From the NCBI GenBank assembly GCA_902533625.1, contig CACAMI010000003.1:37431-101430 (forward strand): a stretch of DNA of 64,000 bases. Direction: 5' to 3'. The notes under the pieces are model-generated. The model did not search any database. It saw only the letters and a program-made list of their open reading frames with translations, and was not told the origin of the DNA. This document shows, piece by piece, positions 48,302 through 59,229 of the stretch. A program made the position numbers and the translations under genes. How positions within the stretch are numbered: position 1 is the stretch's first letter; each line of letters starts with the position of its first letter. This DNA is from an uncultured Alphaproteobacteria bacterium (GTDB lineage: Bacteria; Pseudomonadota; Alphaproteobacteria; Rhodobacterales; Rhodobacteraceae).

Positions 48302-49648
48302 TTAATATGAAAAGTTTTTTTCTATATCTGACCAGCAGTCAATATAATTTTCTTGTATCGGTGCTTCCTTAGCAGAGTATTGTGTAAGATGTTGTGGGAA
48401 CCTAGTTTCAAACATAAATGACATGGTATTTTCCATCTTTACTGGAACTAGTTCTGAATTAGAAGCTTTCTCAAACGCTTCTTTATCTGGTCCATGGGGC
48501 AGCATCATATTGTGAAGACTAATGCCCCCAGGAATGAAACCTTCTGGTTTGGCATCATATTGTCCATATATATTTCCCATTAATTCCGACATGATATTTT
48601 TGTGATACCAGGGTGGTCGAAAGGTATTTTCGGCTACTGACCACCTCTCTCTGAAGAGAACAAAATCTATATTTGCAGTTCCTTCGATACCGGAAGGTGC
48701 TGTGAGAACTGTATAAATAGAGGGGTCAGGGTGGTCAAAAAGAACTGCTCCAACAGGGCAATAGTCTGAAAGGCTATATTTACAAGGTGCATAATTTCCA
48801 TGCCATGCAACAACATCGAGTGGACTATGGCCTATTTCGGTACTATGGAATTGACCACACCATTTAATCGTTACCTTTGACGGTGTTTCTTTGTCTTCAA
48901 AATAAGCAATAGGTGTTTTAAAGTCTCTGCGATTTGCCATACAGTTGGCACCTATTGGACCTCTATTAGGGAGGCCAAATTTTTGACCATAATTTTCACA
49001 AATAAATCCGCGGCAAGGTCCACTAATTACCTCCACTTTATAAAGGAGCCCTCTCGGAATTATTACTATATCTTTAGGAGAAGCATTAATTACCCCAAGT
49101 TCAGTAGTAAATCTAATTTCACCTTCCTGCGGCACAATCAGGAGCTCCGAATCTGCAGAATAAAAATATTCGTCAACCATTGAATCTGTTACTAGGTAAA
49201 CGTGACTTGCCATTCCAACCTGAGTATTTACATCTCCGGCAGTCGTCATAGTTCTTATGCCTGTTATCCAATTCTTAGGCTTGTTATCATGACGAATGGG
49301 GTCCCACCTATATTGGCCAAGACTGATAATATTTTGAATGATATTTGGAGCAGATTTCCAAAATGGGACATCAATTTTTTTATAACGATGAGAGTGTTTG
49401 ACCGAAGGTCGAATCCTGTAGCACCAAGTTCTTTCATTCTGGTGACCTGGCGCAGTAAATGCCGTTCCAGACAATTGTTCTCCATAAAGCCCATAATTAC
49501 ATTTTTGTGGACTGTTTCTGCCCTGTGGCAACGCTCCTGGTAGCGCTTCTGTTTCAAAGTCATTCCCGAAACCGCACATGTAGGAAGTTTCATCACTATC
49601 CAAGGGAGTTTTGTGTTTAATTTGATTTTTTGGAATAGAACGATTCAT
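48302..49648 (-). CDS. hmgA: Homogentisate 1,2-dioxygenase
   Basis: [42 protein letters not shown] and the following blocks match HGO along the full 448 aa. Confidence 0.95.
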   Translation of the reverse strand: MNRSIPKNQIKHKTPLDSDETSYMCGFGNDFETEALPGALPQGRNSPQKCNYGLYGEQLSGTAFTAPGHQNERTWCYRIRPSVKHSHRYKKIDVPFWKSAPNIIQNIISLGQYRWDPIRHDNKPKNWITGIRTMTTAGDVNTQVGMASHVYLVTDSMVDEYFYSADSELLIVPQEGEIRFTTELGVINASPKDIVIIPRGLLYKVEVISGPCRGFICENYGQKFGLPNRGPIGANCMANRRDFKTPIAYFEDKETPSKVTIKWCGQFHSTEIGHSPLDVVAWHGNYAPCKYSLSDYCPVGAVLFDHPDPSIYTVLTAPSGIEGTANIDFVLFRERWSVAENTFRPPWYHKNIMSELMGNIYGQYDAKPEGFIPGGISLHNMMLPHGPDKEAFEKASNSELVPVKMENTMSFMFETRFPQHLTQYSAKEAPIQENYIDCWSDIEKNFSY

Positions 49649-49721
49649 TGATGCCTCCTTAAAAGGTGATAGTTACTAATATAACAGTTGTTTTTGTAAC
49701 TAACAACATGTATGTTTTACT

Positions 49722-50162
49722 ATGCAAAAAAATAAATTTTTTTTTATAGAAGATTTTCTTCCTTACATATTAACTCAGGCTGCTGAGACAGTAAGTGCCA
49801 ATTTTCAGGTCTTTTATAAAGGAAAATATGGAATTTTAAGAACCGAGTGGCGTGTATTATTTCACCTTGGTAATTTTGGTCAAATGACAGCGAGAGATAT
49901 AGGTATTAATGCAAAAACGCATAAGACAAAAATAAGTCGAGCAGTATTTCGTTTAGAAAAAAAGAAATATCTCAAAAGAACAACATCGGAAGAAGATAGA
50001 AGGATAGAATTTCTATCGCTTACTGAAAAGGGCGTCGGTGTATATAATGATTTGAAAAAAGAAGCAGAAGGGTTTGAAAAGAGGATAACAAAAAATTTTA
50101 CTGAAAGTGAGGTTCTTGCTTTAAGAAAATGTTTGAAAAAACTAGAAGCGAATTTCGATTAG
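49722..50162 (+). CDS. MarR-family transcriptional regulator, divergent from hmgA
   Basis: 146 aa. Winged HTH with EWRVLFHLGNFGQMTARDIG...ISRAVFRLEKKKYLKR...DRR. Confidence 0.8.
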   Translation: MQKNKFFFIEDFLPYILTQAAETVSANFQVFYKGKYGILRTEWRVLFHLGNFGQMTARDIGINAKTHKTKISRAVFRLEKKKYLKRTTSEEDRRIEFLSLTEKGVGVYNDLKKEAEGFEKRITKNFTESEVLALRKCLKKLEANFD

Positions 50163-50171
50163 GAGGGCAAA

Positions 50172-51656
50172 ATGGAACAAAATATTATTGACGAGTTGCG
50201 AAATATTCAAATTACCCCAAGAGGAAATTTAATTAACGGCAAAATCTCTACAAGTCTATCAGGTGAGACCATAGACGTGGTTTCTCCAATTGATGGAAAT
50301 CATATGACAATGATTCCGAGGTCAAGAAGAGAAGATGTGGATTTGGCAGTTAACGTCGCAAAATTAGCATTTGATGACGGGCGCTGGTCCAATCAACCAC
50401 CAGTTGACAGGAAAAAGGTATTAATTAAGTGGGCAGAGCTTGTAGAAAAAGAGGCTTTAAGTTTGGCAGTTCTAGGCGTAAGAGAAAATGGAACAGAAAT
50501 AAATATGGCTTTGAAAGCAGAACCATTTTCAGCGGCTGCAACATTAAGATATTATGGTGAGGCCATTGACAAAGTTTATGGCGAAATTGCCCCTACAGCT
50601 GAAGGAATTCTTGGCTTAATTAAAAAGGAGCCAATTGGAGTGGTTGGGGCTATTGTTCCATGGAATTTTCCTTTAATGATAGGTGCTTGGAAAATTGGGC
50701 CGGCTTTGGCCGCTGGAAATAGTGTTATTTTAAAACCTGCAGAAAGTGCTTCTTTAAGTTTACTTAGGCTGGCAGAATTGGGTTTGGAAGCTGGATTGCC
50801 ACCAGGAGTTTTACAGGTAGTTACTGGGTATGGTTCTGAAGCAGGACAAGCCATTGCTTTATCCAAAGATGTGGATGTTTTGACCTTTACAGGTGCAGGG
50901 CCTACCGGACGAAAATTAATGGAATTTTCTGCCCAATCCAATCTAAAGCGAGTTTATTTAGAATTAGGAGGGAAGTCTCCTAATATCGTTTTTAGCGATG
51001 CTCCAGATTTAGAATTGGCTGCTAAATCTGCGGTAAATGCGATTTTTAGGAACAGCGGTCAGGTCTGTGTTGCTGGATCAAGGTTGTTGGTTGAACATTC
51101 AATTTACCAAAACTTTCTTGATAAAGTTTGTAACTATACAGCAAAATTAAAGGTTGGTGATCCTCTTGATCTTTCCAATGACATAGGAGCCGTGCATTCT
51201 GAAGCACAACTTTTGAAAAATTTGAGGTTTTTAGATTCGTTAAAAAACAGAGAAAAAAATATAGTTTTAGGGGGTGATCGTTTAATAGAGGAATCTGGCG
51301 GTTTTTATATGTCACCTACAATTGTTGAAAACGTTAACTCTAAAGATGAAATATTTCATGAAGAGATTTTTGGGCCAGTTTTGTCAGTGATTCCTTTTTC
51401 TAAAGACGAAGAGGCTATATCAATTGCCAATGATACTTCATATGGTTTAGCGGCCGGAGTTTGGACATCCAACTTATCAAGAGCACATAAAATGGCAAAT
51501 GGGATAAAATCAGGTATGATTACTGTAAATACATACGCAGGAACGGATATGACCGTCCCGTTACCTGGAATGAAGGAATCTGGCAATGGATCTGACAAAT
51601 CTTTACATTCATTGGAGAAGTACACAAACCTAAAAACTGTTTGGGTTAATTTGTAG
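50172..51656 (+). CDS. NAD(P)+-dependent aldehyde dehydrogenase
   Basis: VPWNFPL, FTGAGPTGR, ELGGKSP, catalytic Cys in GQVCVAGSR, EEIFGPV. Confidence 0.9.
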   Translation: MEQNIIDELRNIQITPRGNLINGKISTSLSGETIDVVSPIDGNHMTMIPRSRREDVDLAVNVAKLAFDDGRWSNQPPVDRKKVLIKWAELVEKEALSLAVLGVRENGTEINMALKAEPFSAAATLRYYGEAIDKVYGEIAPTAEGILGLIKKEPIGVVGAIVPWNFPLMIGAWKIGPALAAGNSVILKPAESASLSLLRLAELGLEAGLPPGVLQVVTGYGSEAGQAIALSKDVDVLTFTGAGPTGRKLMEFSAQSNLKRVYLELGGKSPNIVFSDAPDLELAAKSAVNAIFRNSGQVCVAGSRLLVEHSIYQNFLDKVCNYTAKLKVGDPLDLSNDIGAVHSEAQLLKNLRFLDSLKNREKNIVLGGDRLIEESGGFYMSPTIVENVNSKDEIFHEEIFGPVLSVIPFSKDEEAISIANDTSYGLAAGVWTSNLSRAHKMANGIKSGMITVNTYAGTDMTVPLPGMKESGNGSDKSLHSLEKYTNLKTVWVNL

Positions 51657-51938
51657 GATTAACAGTGTATCTATAACATTTTCCATGTATCAGGTCGAAT
51701 TTTAATATCAAAATAGCGCACTAATCTTTATACAAGTAATGTAGTTTCCTGACTTTATTTTTAATGATGCAACAGTGCAAAACCTTGATTTTTGACGATT
51801 AGTATATTAGATAAACTTCTCTAATGAATGGTTTTGCACTTAAATTTGCAAGTTTTAAAATAGCTGCCGATTAAAAAAAGGTAGCTGTAACTGAGTTTAG
51901 GCAGTTACGAAATAAAAGCAAAGTGTTTTAGGAAAGTA

Positions 51939-54900
51939 GTGTTGGTAGAAGAAAATAACAGGTTAATTACGTCTGAATTGGGTTGTTTTTCGGATAATTT
52001 GAAAGGTAGATCAAAAAAGGAAGGTCTATACGATCCTAGAAATGAGCATGATGCTTGTGGATTGGGTTTCATCGCAAACATTAAGGGAAAAAAATCCCAT
52101 AAAATTATCAGAGATGGTCTTTATATTTTGGAAAACTTGGAACATAGAGGAGCAACTGGTGCTGACCCCCTTGTTGGCGATGGTGCAGGAATGCTGACTC
52201 AGATTCCACATGATTTTTTCTCCATTATTTGCAAAAATAATAAAATTAAAATTCCAGAAGCAGGTGAGTACGGGGTCGGATTTTTCTTTTTTCCTAGAGA
52301 GACTGGCCAACATGAAAGAATAAAATTAAAGATTAAAGACCTGGCCTCTGAATTTGACATGAAAGTTTTAGGCTGGCGTGATGTTCCAGTAGACAATTCA
52401 TCATTGTCACAGGATCCTGAAATTTTAGAAAGTGAGCCATCTCATTACCAAGGCTTTTTCTCTAAACCTGAAGGCTTAACTGAGGATCAATTTGAGAGAA
52501 AACTATATTTGTTGCGTAGGGTTATTTCCAATTCTATTTATTCAATTTTGGGATCAATGAATGATTTTTACCCTGTCTCACTTTCATGTAGGACTATTGT
52601 TTATAAAGGTATGTTTTTAGCCGATCAGTTGGGAAAGTATTTTAATGATCTTAAAGATAAGAGATTTACTTCGGCTTTGGCTTTGGTACACCAAAGGTTT
52701 TCCACGAACACATTTCCTTCTTGGAGGCTTGCTCATCCGTATCGAATGATAGCTCATAACGGTGAAATCAATACCTGTCGTGGAAACGTAAATTGGATGG
52801 CTGCCCGCCAAGCCACCTTGTCGTCACCTCTATTTGGTCCGGATATTGAAAAAATTTGGCCAGTAACTTATGAGGGGCAATCGGACACGGCTTCATTTGA
52901 TAATGCTCTGGAATTACTGTTCCAGGGGGGCTATTCTTTATCACATGCGATGATGATGTTAATTCCAGAGGCCTGGTCAGGAAATGCCTTAATGGATGAA
53001 AAAAGAAAAGCTTTTTATGAATATCACGCCGCACTAATGGAACCTTGGGATGGTCCAGCAGCTATCGCATTTACAGATGGCAGACAAATAGGAGCGACAT
53101 TAGACAGAAATGGATTGAGGCCTGCAAGGTATTGTGTGACGGATGATGATACAGTAGTTTTGGCTTCTGAAGCTGGGACACTTCCTATTGATGAAACTAA
53201 GGTCGTTGCCAAATGGAGACTTCAGCCAGGTAAAATGCTCTTAATCGATCTTGAAAAAGGTGAAATTGTTTCTGATGAAGAGATAAAAAACCTACTAAGC
53301 AAGGAGAAGCCTTATAGGGAATGGCTGGCAAATACACAAATTATATTAGAAGACATAAAGGGAGAAAGATCATCATCTAGAAATTTCACTGGATCAGATT
53401 TGCGCAACGGCCAAAAAGCTTTTGGCTATACCCAGGAAGATATTAAAATGCTTATGACTCCAATGGCAACTACTGGTCAGGAAGCTATAGGGTCTATGGG
53501 GACAGATACTCCTATTTCCGCAATGTCCAATAGGTCTAAGTTATTATATACTTACTTTAAGCAAAATTTCGCGCAGGTCACGAATCCTCCTATCGATCCA
53601 ATTCGTGAGGAATCTGTAATGAGCTTGGTCTCTTTTATAGGCCCTCGGCCGAATTTGTTTGAAAAGACCTCTAATGTATCCCAAAAAAGGTTGGAGGTTA
53701 GACAACCTATACTTAGAAATTCAGACCTCCAAAAAATTCGTGATATAAGCGAAATTAGTGACAGTCATTTTTCCTCAAGAGTTCTAGATACAACTTATAA
53801 TGTCAACAAAGGCCCGGAGGGTATGGAGCGTTGCATTGATGATCTTTGCGTCAAGGCTGAGAAGTCAGTGCAAAATGGTGATAACATTATTATACTTTCT
53901 GACAGACAGTTTGGTTCTAGCAGAATAGCTTTACCTGCTTTGCTATCTACGGCTGCTGTACATCATCATTTAATTAGAAAGGGTTTGAGAACATCAGTCG
54001 GATTGGTGGTTGAATCGGCAGAACCTCGGGAAGTTCATCATTTTGCTGTTCTCGCTGGCTATGGAGCAGAAGCTATAAACCCATATCTGGCATTCGAATC
54101 TCTCTCGGACATGCATGAAAGGGGGATGTTTCCAAAAGAGGTAGATCATAAACAAGTAGTAAAGAGATATATAAAATCAATTGATAAAGGTCTTTTGAAA
54201 GTAATGTCAAAGATGGGTATTTCAACATATCAATCTTACTGTGGTGCTCAGATATTCGACGCAGTTGGGTTGTCAACTAGATTTATTGAAAAATATTTTT
54301 CTGGAACAGCCACTCAGATTGAAGGAGTGGGATTAAATGAGGTTTCTTTAGAGACATTCAGGAGGCATCAGGATGCTTACTCAGATATAGCCGTACTAAG
54401 GCACGCTCTCGATGTTGGAGGTGAATATGCAGTGAGAAGGAGAGGAGAGACACATGCTTGGACTTCGGATGAAATAACAAGCTTGCAACATGCGGTCAGA
54501 GGAAATAGCAAAGATCAATATAGATATTTTTCAAAATTGATTAATGATCAATCTGAAAGATTATTAACTATTAGGGGTTTGTTTAAATTAAAGCCGCCTG
54601 AAAAATTTGGTAGAAAATCAATTAATTTAGAAGAAGTGGAACCGGCATCAGAAATCGTAAAGCGATTTGCTACTGGTGCTATGTCGTACGGTTCTATTTC
54701 AGCGGAAGCCCATGAAAACTTAGCTATAGCTATGAACCGTATTGGAGGTAAATCAAATACTGGAGAGGGTGGGGAGGAAATTGAAAGGTTTCATCCTTTA
54801 AAAAACGGTGATAGCCGTCGCTCCGCTATAAAGCAAGTAGCATCGGGTCGCTTTGGTGTAACAACGGAATATTTGGTTAATTCTGATATGATTCAAATCA

Positions 54901-56648
54901 AAATGGCCCAAGGTGCAAAACCCGGAGAAGGTGGGCAACTCCCAGGACATAAGGTAGATGCAGTTATAGCAAAGGTACGTCATTCAACTCCTGGCGTCGG
55001 ATTGATTTCACCTCCGCCGCATCATGATATTTACTCAATTGAGGATTTAGCTCAATTAATTTTTGACCTTAAGAACGTGAATTCTAGAGCTGATATTTCT
55101 GTTAAACTCGTATCTGAGGTAGGTGTTGGTACAGTAGCAGCAGGTGTATCTAAAGCTAAAGCAGACCATGTAACAATCTCGGGTATGGAAGGTGGTACTG
55201 GGGCTAGCCCTTTAACATCTGTAAAACACGCTGGATCACCTTGGGAAATAGGATTGGCAGAAACGCATCAAACATTACTTAAGAACAACTTGAGAAATCG
55301 AATTGCAGTTCAGGTTGATGGAGGTTTAAGAACTGGTCGAGATGTGGTCATTGGAGCTCTTCTTGGGGCAGACGAGTTTGGCTTTTCTACTGCTCCTTTA
55401 GTTGCATCTGGTTGCATTATGATGAGAAAGTGTCACTTAAATACTTGCCCTGTAGGAGTAGCCACCCAGGATCCTGTATTGAGAAAACGATTTAGTGGTC
55501 AACCTGAGCATGTGATAAATTATTTCTTTTTTGTTGCAGAGGAAGTCCGGGAAATTATGGCAGAATTGGGTTTTTCAAAATTTGATGAAATGATTGGAAA
55601 GTTAGAAATTTTGGATAAGTCTGAAGCCATAAATCATTGGAAAGCTAATGGATTAGATTTTAGCAAGCTATTTCATAACCCAAATTCTGGAAAGAATATT
55701 GTTTCTTATAACAATGAAAAACAGAAACACCCAATAGATAATATTTTAGATTTGCAATTAATAGAGAAAACAAAAGCAGCTATTGAAAACCAAACACCGG
55801 TTGAGTTGAACATGCAGATAAAAAGTAACAACCGATCCACAGGGGCAATGTTGTCCGGTCAATTGGCAATGCGATACGGACATGAAGGTCTTCCTGAAGA
55901 TACAATAAGGATTAAATTTTTTGGAACTACGGGACAGGCATTTGGTGCATGGGTAGCAAGAGGGGTTACATTTGAAGTTGAAGGTGAAGCGAATGACTAT
56001 GTTGGAAAGGGACTTTCTGGCGGCAAGCTTATTATATACCCTCCCAAGGAGGCAAAAAACATTGTGGCAGAAGAGTCTATTATAGTTGGTAACACGGTTC
56101 TATATGGGGCTGTAGATGGTGAGTGCTATTTTAGAGGCGTTGCTGGTGAAAGGTTTGCTGTGAGAAACTCAGGAGCTACTGCGGTCGTGGAGGGAGTGGG
56201 TGATCATGGGTGCGAATATATGACCGGTGGGATAGTTGTAGTCTTAGGGAATACAGGTCGAAATTTTGCTGCTGGTATGTCTGGAGGTATTGCTTATGTT
56301 CTTGATGATGACGGAACCTTCTCAAGGCGTTGCAATATGGCAATGGTTGATCTAGAGCCGATTCCGGCCGAGGATGACCTAATGGAATCAGAGCATCACA
56401 TCGGAGGCGACATAGAGCATCATGGAAGAGTAGATATAACTAAAGACATGACGCGGTTTGACGATGAGAGGCTTCGCCTATTAATTGAAAATCATAAAAC
56501 TTTTACAGGGTCAAAAAGAGCAGCAGAAATTCTAAATGACTGGGAAGTTTTTCGGCCCAAATTCTTGAAAGTTATGCCAACGGAATATAGAAGGGCACTA
56601 GAGGAGATCGAGGCTCAGCAAAAGGCATCTGGTGTAGCAGCTGAGTAA
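51939..56648 (+). CDS. gltB: Glutamate synthase (NADPH) large subunit
   Basis: 1569 aa. Ntn nucleophile context [19 protein letters not shown] after a propeptide, FMN domain, 3Fe-4S Cys cluster [16 protein letters not shown]-terminal GXGXG domain. GTG start. Confidence 0.95.
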   Translation: MLVEENNRLITSELGCFSDNLKGRSKKEGLYDPRNEHDACGLGFIANIKGKKSHKIIRDGLYILENLEHRGATGADPLVGDGAGMLTQIPHDFFSIICKNNKIKIPEAGEYGVGFFFFPRETGQHERIKLKIKDLASEFDMKVLGWRDVPVDNSSLSQDPEILESEPSHYQGFFSKPEGLTEDQFERKLYLLRRVISNSIYSILGSMNDFYPVSLSCRTIVYKGMFLADQLGKYFNDLKDKRFTSALALVHQRFSTNTFPSWRLAHPYRMIAHNGEINTCRGNVNWMAARQATLSSPLFGPDIEKIWPVTYEGQSDTASFDNALELLFQGGYSLSHAMMMLIPEAWSGNALMDEKRKAFYEYHAALMEPWDGPAAIAFTDGRQIGATLDRNGLRPARYCVTDDDTVVLASEAGTLPIDETKVVAKWRLQPGKMLLIDLEKGEIVSDEEIKNLLSKEKPYREWLANTQIILEDIKGERSSSRNFTGSDLRNGQKAFGYTQEDIKMLMTPMATTGQEAIGSMGTDTPISAMSNRSKLLYTYFKQNFAQVTNPPIDPIREESVMSLVSFIGPRPNLFEKTSNVSQKRLEVRQPILRNSDLQKIRDISEISDSHFSSRVLDTTYNVNKGPEGMERCIDDLCVKAEKSVQNGDNIIILSDRQFGSSRIALPALLSTAAVHHHLIRKGLRTSVGLVVESAEPREVHHFAVLAGYGAEAINPYLAFESLSDMHERGMFPKEVDHKQVVKRYIKSIDKGLLKVMSKMGISTYQSYCGAQIFDAVGLSTRFIEKYFSGTATQIEGVGLNEVSLETFRRHQDAYSDIAVLRHALDVGGEYAVRRRGETHAWTSDEITSLQHAVRGNSKDQYRYFSKLINDQSERLLTIRGLFKLKPPEKFGRKSINLEEVEPASEIVKRFATGAMSYGSISAEAHENLAIAMNRIGGKSNTGEGGEEIERFHPLKNGDSRRSAIKQVASGRFGVTTEYLVNSDMIQIKMAQGAKPGEGGQLPGHKVDAVIAKVRHSTPGVGLISPPPHHDIYSIEDLAQLIFDLKNVNSRADISVKLVSEVGVGTVAAGVSKAKADHVTISGMEGGTGASPLTSVKHAGSPWEIGLAETHQTLLKNNLRNRIAVQVDGGLRTGRDVVIGALLGADEFGFSTAPLVASGCIMMRKCHLNTCPVGVATQDPVLRKRFSGQPEHVINYFFFVAEEVREIMAELGFSKFDEMIGKLEILDKSEAINHWKANGLDFSKLFHNPNSGKNIVSYNNEKQKHPIDNILDLQLIEKTKAAIENQTPVELNMQIKSNNRSTGAMLSGQLAMRYGHEGLPEDTIRIKFFGTTGQAFGAWVARGVTFEVEGEANDYVGKGLSGGKLIIYPPKEAKNIVAEESIIVGNTVLYGAVDGECYFRGVAGERFAVRNSGATAVVEGVGDHGCEYMTGGIVVVLGNTGRNFAAGMSGGIAYVLDDDGTFSRRCNMAMVDLEPIPAEDDLMESEHHIGGDIEHHGRVDITKDMTRFDDERLRLLIENHKTFTGSKRAAEILNDWEVFRPKFLKVMPTEYRRALEEIEAQQKASGVAAE

Positions 56649-56679
56649 AGTATAAATCAAACAGGGAATTGTCTGAATA

Positions 56680-58116
56680 ATGGGTAAAGTAACAGGTTTT
56701 CTAGAAGTTGATCGGCAGGACAGAAAATATAGGCCTGCAGCAGATCGTATTAGGAATTTTAAGGAATTTGTAATACCTCTTCCAGAGCAGGTGCTCAAAG
56801 ATCAAGCAAGTAGATGTATGGAATGTGGAATACCATTTTGCCATGATGTAAAAGGCTTGAAGGGTTGCCCTGTTAACAATCAAATTCCTGATTGGAATGA
56901 TTTAGTTTATAAGGGAGATTGGGAGCAGGCTTCAAGGGATTTGCATTCTACAAATAATTTTCCTGAGTTCACTGGCAGAATTTGTCCTGCACCATGTGAA
57001 GCTTCATGTACCCTAAATATAATAGATGAACCTGTAACCATTAAATCAATTGAATGCTCAATTGTAGACCGGGCGTGGAAGAACAACTGGATCCAGCCTG
57101 AAATTAATCAGAATAAAACTGGAAAGATAATTTCTGTTATTGGATCTGGGCCCGCTGGTATGGCTGCTTCGCAACAATTAGCTAGAGCTGGTCATAATGT
57201 GAATCTTTATGAGAAGAATGAAAAGGCGGGGGGGTTGTTAAGATATGGAATCCCTGACTTTAAAATGGAAAAATTTCACATAGATAGACGGATAGAGCAG
57301 ATGAGCAAGGAGGGGGTTGTTTTTCACACAGGTGTTAATGTTGGAACAGATATTACGGTTGAGACAATAATTGAGCAAAGTGATGCTGTGATTTTGGCGG
57401 GAGGTGCAGAAAGACCAAGAGATCTAGAAATTAGTGGGAGAGATTTAGATGGGGTTCACTTTGCAATGGAATTCTTGCCTCAACAAAATAGAAGAGTATC
57501 TGGGGAAACCACAGTAGCAAATTCGTTACCAGTTTTAGCAAGTGGCAAGCACGTCGTGGTTATAGGTGGTGGTGATACAGGTTCAGACTGTATTGGAACA
57601 TCAATTCGCCAAGGAGCTCTTTCGGTAACCCAATTAGAAATAATGCCAAGGCCTCCAGAGATAGAAAATAAATTTCTAACCTGGCCTAATTGGCCTTTAA
57701 AGATGCGTACTTCATCTAGCCAAGAGGAGGGAGCAGAAAGAGAATTTTCTGTGATGACAGATAAATTTACTGGGAAAAATGGATCAGTGTCTCAGCTACA
57801 TTGCATACGCGTTGACGAAAAATTTTCTCCGATTAAAGGCTCAGAATTCTCTTTGAAAGCGGATTTAGTTCTGCTTGCCATGGGGTTTGTATCTCCTGAG
57901 ACCTCTGGCATGATTTCGGACTTAGGCTTGGACCTGGATAATAGAAGTAATGTTTTAGCAACAGATAAAAATTACAAAACTAGTAATGAAAAGGTATGGG
58001 TTGCTGGAGATATGAGGCGTGGGCAGTCTTTAGTTGTCTGGGCTATTAGGGAAGGCCGGCAATGTGCAAGAGAAGTAGATAAGACCCTTATGGGCTATAC
58101 AAATTTGGCATTATAA
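56680..58116 (+). CDS. gltD: Glutamate synthase (NADPH) small subunit
   Basis: Fe-S Cys clusters CMECGIPFC and CPAPCEASC. Dinucleotide folds [11 protein letters not shown] and [12 protein letters not shown]. Confidence 0.95.
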   Translation: MGKVTGFLEVDRQDRKYRPAADRIRNFKEFVIPLPEQVLKDQASRCMECGIPFCHDVKGLKGCPVNNQIPDWNDLVYKGDWEQASRDLHSTNNFPEFTGRICPAPCEASCTLNIIDEPVTIKSIECSIVDRAWKNNWIQPEINQNKTGKIISVIGSGPAGMAASQQLARAGHNVNLYEKNEKAGGLLRYGIPDFKMEKFHIDRRIEQMSKEGVVFHTGVNVGTDITVETIIEQSDAVILAGGAERPRDLEISGRDLDGVHFAMEFLPQQNRRVSGETTVANSLPVLASGKHVVVIGGGDTGSDCIGTSIRQGALSVTQLEIMPRPPEIENKFLTWPNWPLKMRTSSSQEEGAEREFSVMTDKFTGKNGSVSQLHCIRVDEKFSPIKGSEFSLKADLVLLAMGFVSPETSGMISDLGLDLDNRSNVLATDKNYKTSNEKVWVAGDMRRGQSLVVWAIREGRQCAREVDKTLMGYTNLAL

Positions 58117-58134
58117 CTTTCGAAGAAATCTAAG

Positions 58135-59061
58135 TTGACAACAAATACACTAAAAAGAGATTTGAAAAGTTGGTGTTTACTTTTTTTCTTAGGATTCATT
58201 TGGGGCTTTTCTTTTTTAGCTGTTAGTATTTCATTAGAATCTTTTTCTCCAATTCAAGTTGCCGCATGGAGGATAATAATAGGAGCTTTTGTTGTTCTTG
58301 TATTTTGTCTGGCCATTGGTGAGGGTTTACCCAAATTTAATTCAGTGGGAAGATCGATCTGGCCATACTGTGCAGGCATGGCTTTGCTTTCAAATGTTAT
58401 CCCCTTTTGTCTACTTTCTTGGGCTTTGCTGCACGTAACTTCTAGCTTTGCTGGTATCACCATGACTATGGTGCCCCTAGCAGTTTTACCTTTGGCTCAT
58501 ATCTTTGGTAAAGGTGATTATATGACACCAAGAAAAGTTATAGGTTTTTTGATAGGATTTGCAGGGGTACTTTTTCTGTTTGAGCCATCAGAAATATTAA
58601 ATTTTTCGTTTTATGAAAGTACTATATTAGCAAAAATGTTGTGCTTATTGGCAACTTTATGTTATGCAACTGGCTCTATTATTACGAGAAGGTCCCCGCA
58701 AACTGTTTCTAGTTTGTCATTTAGCGCCGGCGCACTTTTGTTGGCAGCTTTAATTATTGCCCCAATTTCATTTATTTTTTCTGACCTAGCCACTGTAATA
58801 ACTTTTCGGTCACTTATGGGAGTTCTGTTCTTAGGGTTTCTTCCTACAGGAATAGCAACAATTATTCTTGTATATTTGGTTAAGAATTCGGGGCCATCTT
58901 TTATGAGCCTGGTAAATTATCAGGTGCCAATATGGGCTGTACTATTTGGGGTATTCTTTAATCAAGAAACGTTACCAGCTGGTGCATTTCTTGCGCTGGT
59001 ATTGATTCTCTTTGGCCTATTTTTTAGTCAGTATAACAAAAATAAATCAGGTGTATTGTGA
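58135..59061 (+). CDS. EamA/DMT-superfamily transporter (10-TM)
   Basis: 308 aa, two repeated 5-TM EamA-like halves, hydrophobic throughout. TTG start 18 nt after gltD. Confidence 0.75.
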   Translation: MTTNTLKRDLKSWCLLFFLGFIWGFSFLAVSISLESFSPIQVAAWRIIIGAFVVLVFCLAIGEGLPKFNSVGRSIWPYCAGMALLSNVIPFCLLSWALLHVTSSFAGITMTMVPLAVLPLAHIFGKGDYMTPRKVIGFLIGFAGVLFLFEPSEILNFSFYESTILAKMLCLLATLCYATGSIITRRSPQTVSSLSFSAGALLLAALIIAPISFIFSDLATVITFRSLMGVLFLGFLPTGIATIILVYLVKNSGPSFMSLVNYQVPIWAVLFGVFFNQETLPAGAFLALVLILFGLFFSQYNKNKSGVL

Positions 59062-59229
59062 TGGATTGGATAAGAAATTTGATAATTCTGTATATAATAA
59101 TCGTTCAGGGAAATGTGTATCGATCTGACGTGAGAATATAGGAGATCCAAAAAAATAGAGTAGACTATAATTGTTCTATTTCGTAAAAGCGTCATACATC
59201 TTTTTAAGAATGATATCGTGCAGGAAGTT

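Noticed and set aside
51825-51860. Sigma-54 promoter or NtrC palindrome upstream of gltB (TTGCAC...TTGCA)
   Set aside because: The GG-N10-GC spacing of -24/-12 promoters is not met, and the TGCA-containing elements are direct rather than the TGCACC-N5-GGTGCA palindrome. They are kept only as unexplained repeats.
51900-51938. Glutamine (glnA-type) riboswitch before gltB because of a GGAAAGTAG segment
   Set aside because: Only a fragmentary resemblance to the GGAAGUAGG core. The flanking CGUUCA/AAGGAACG helices are absent.
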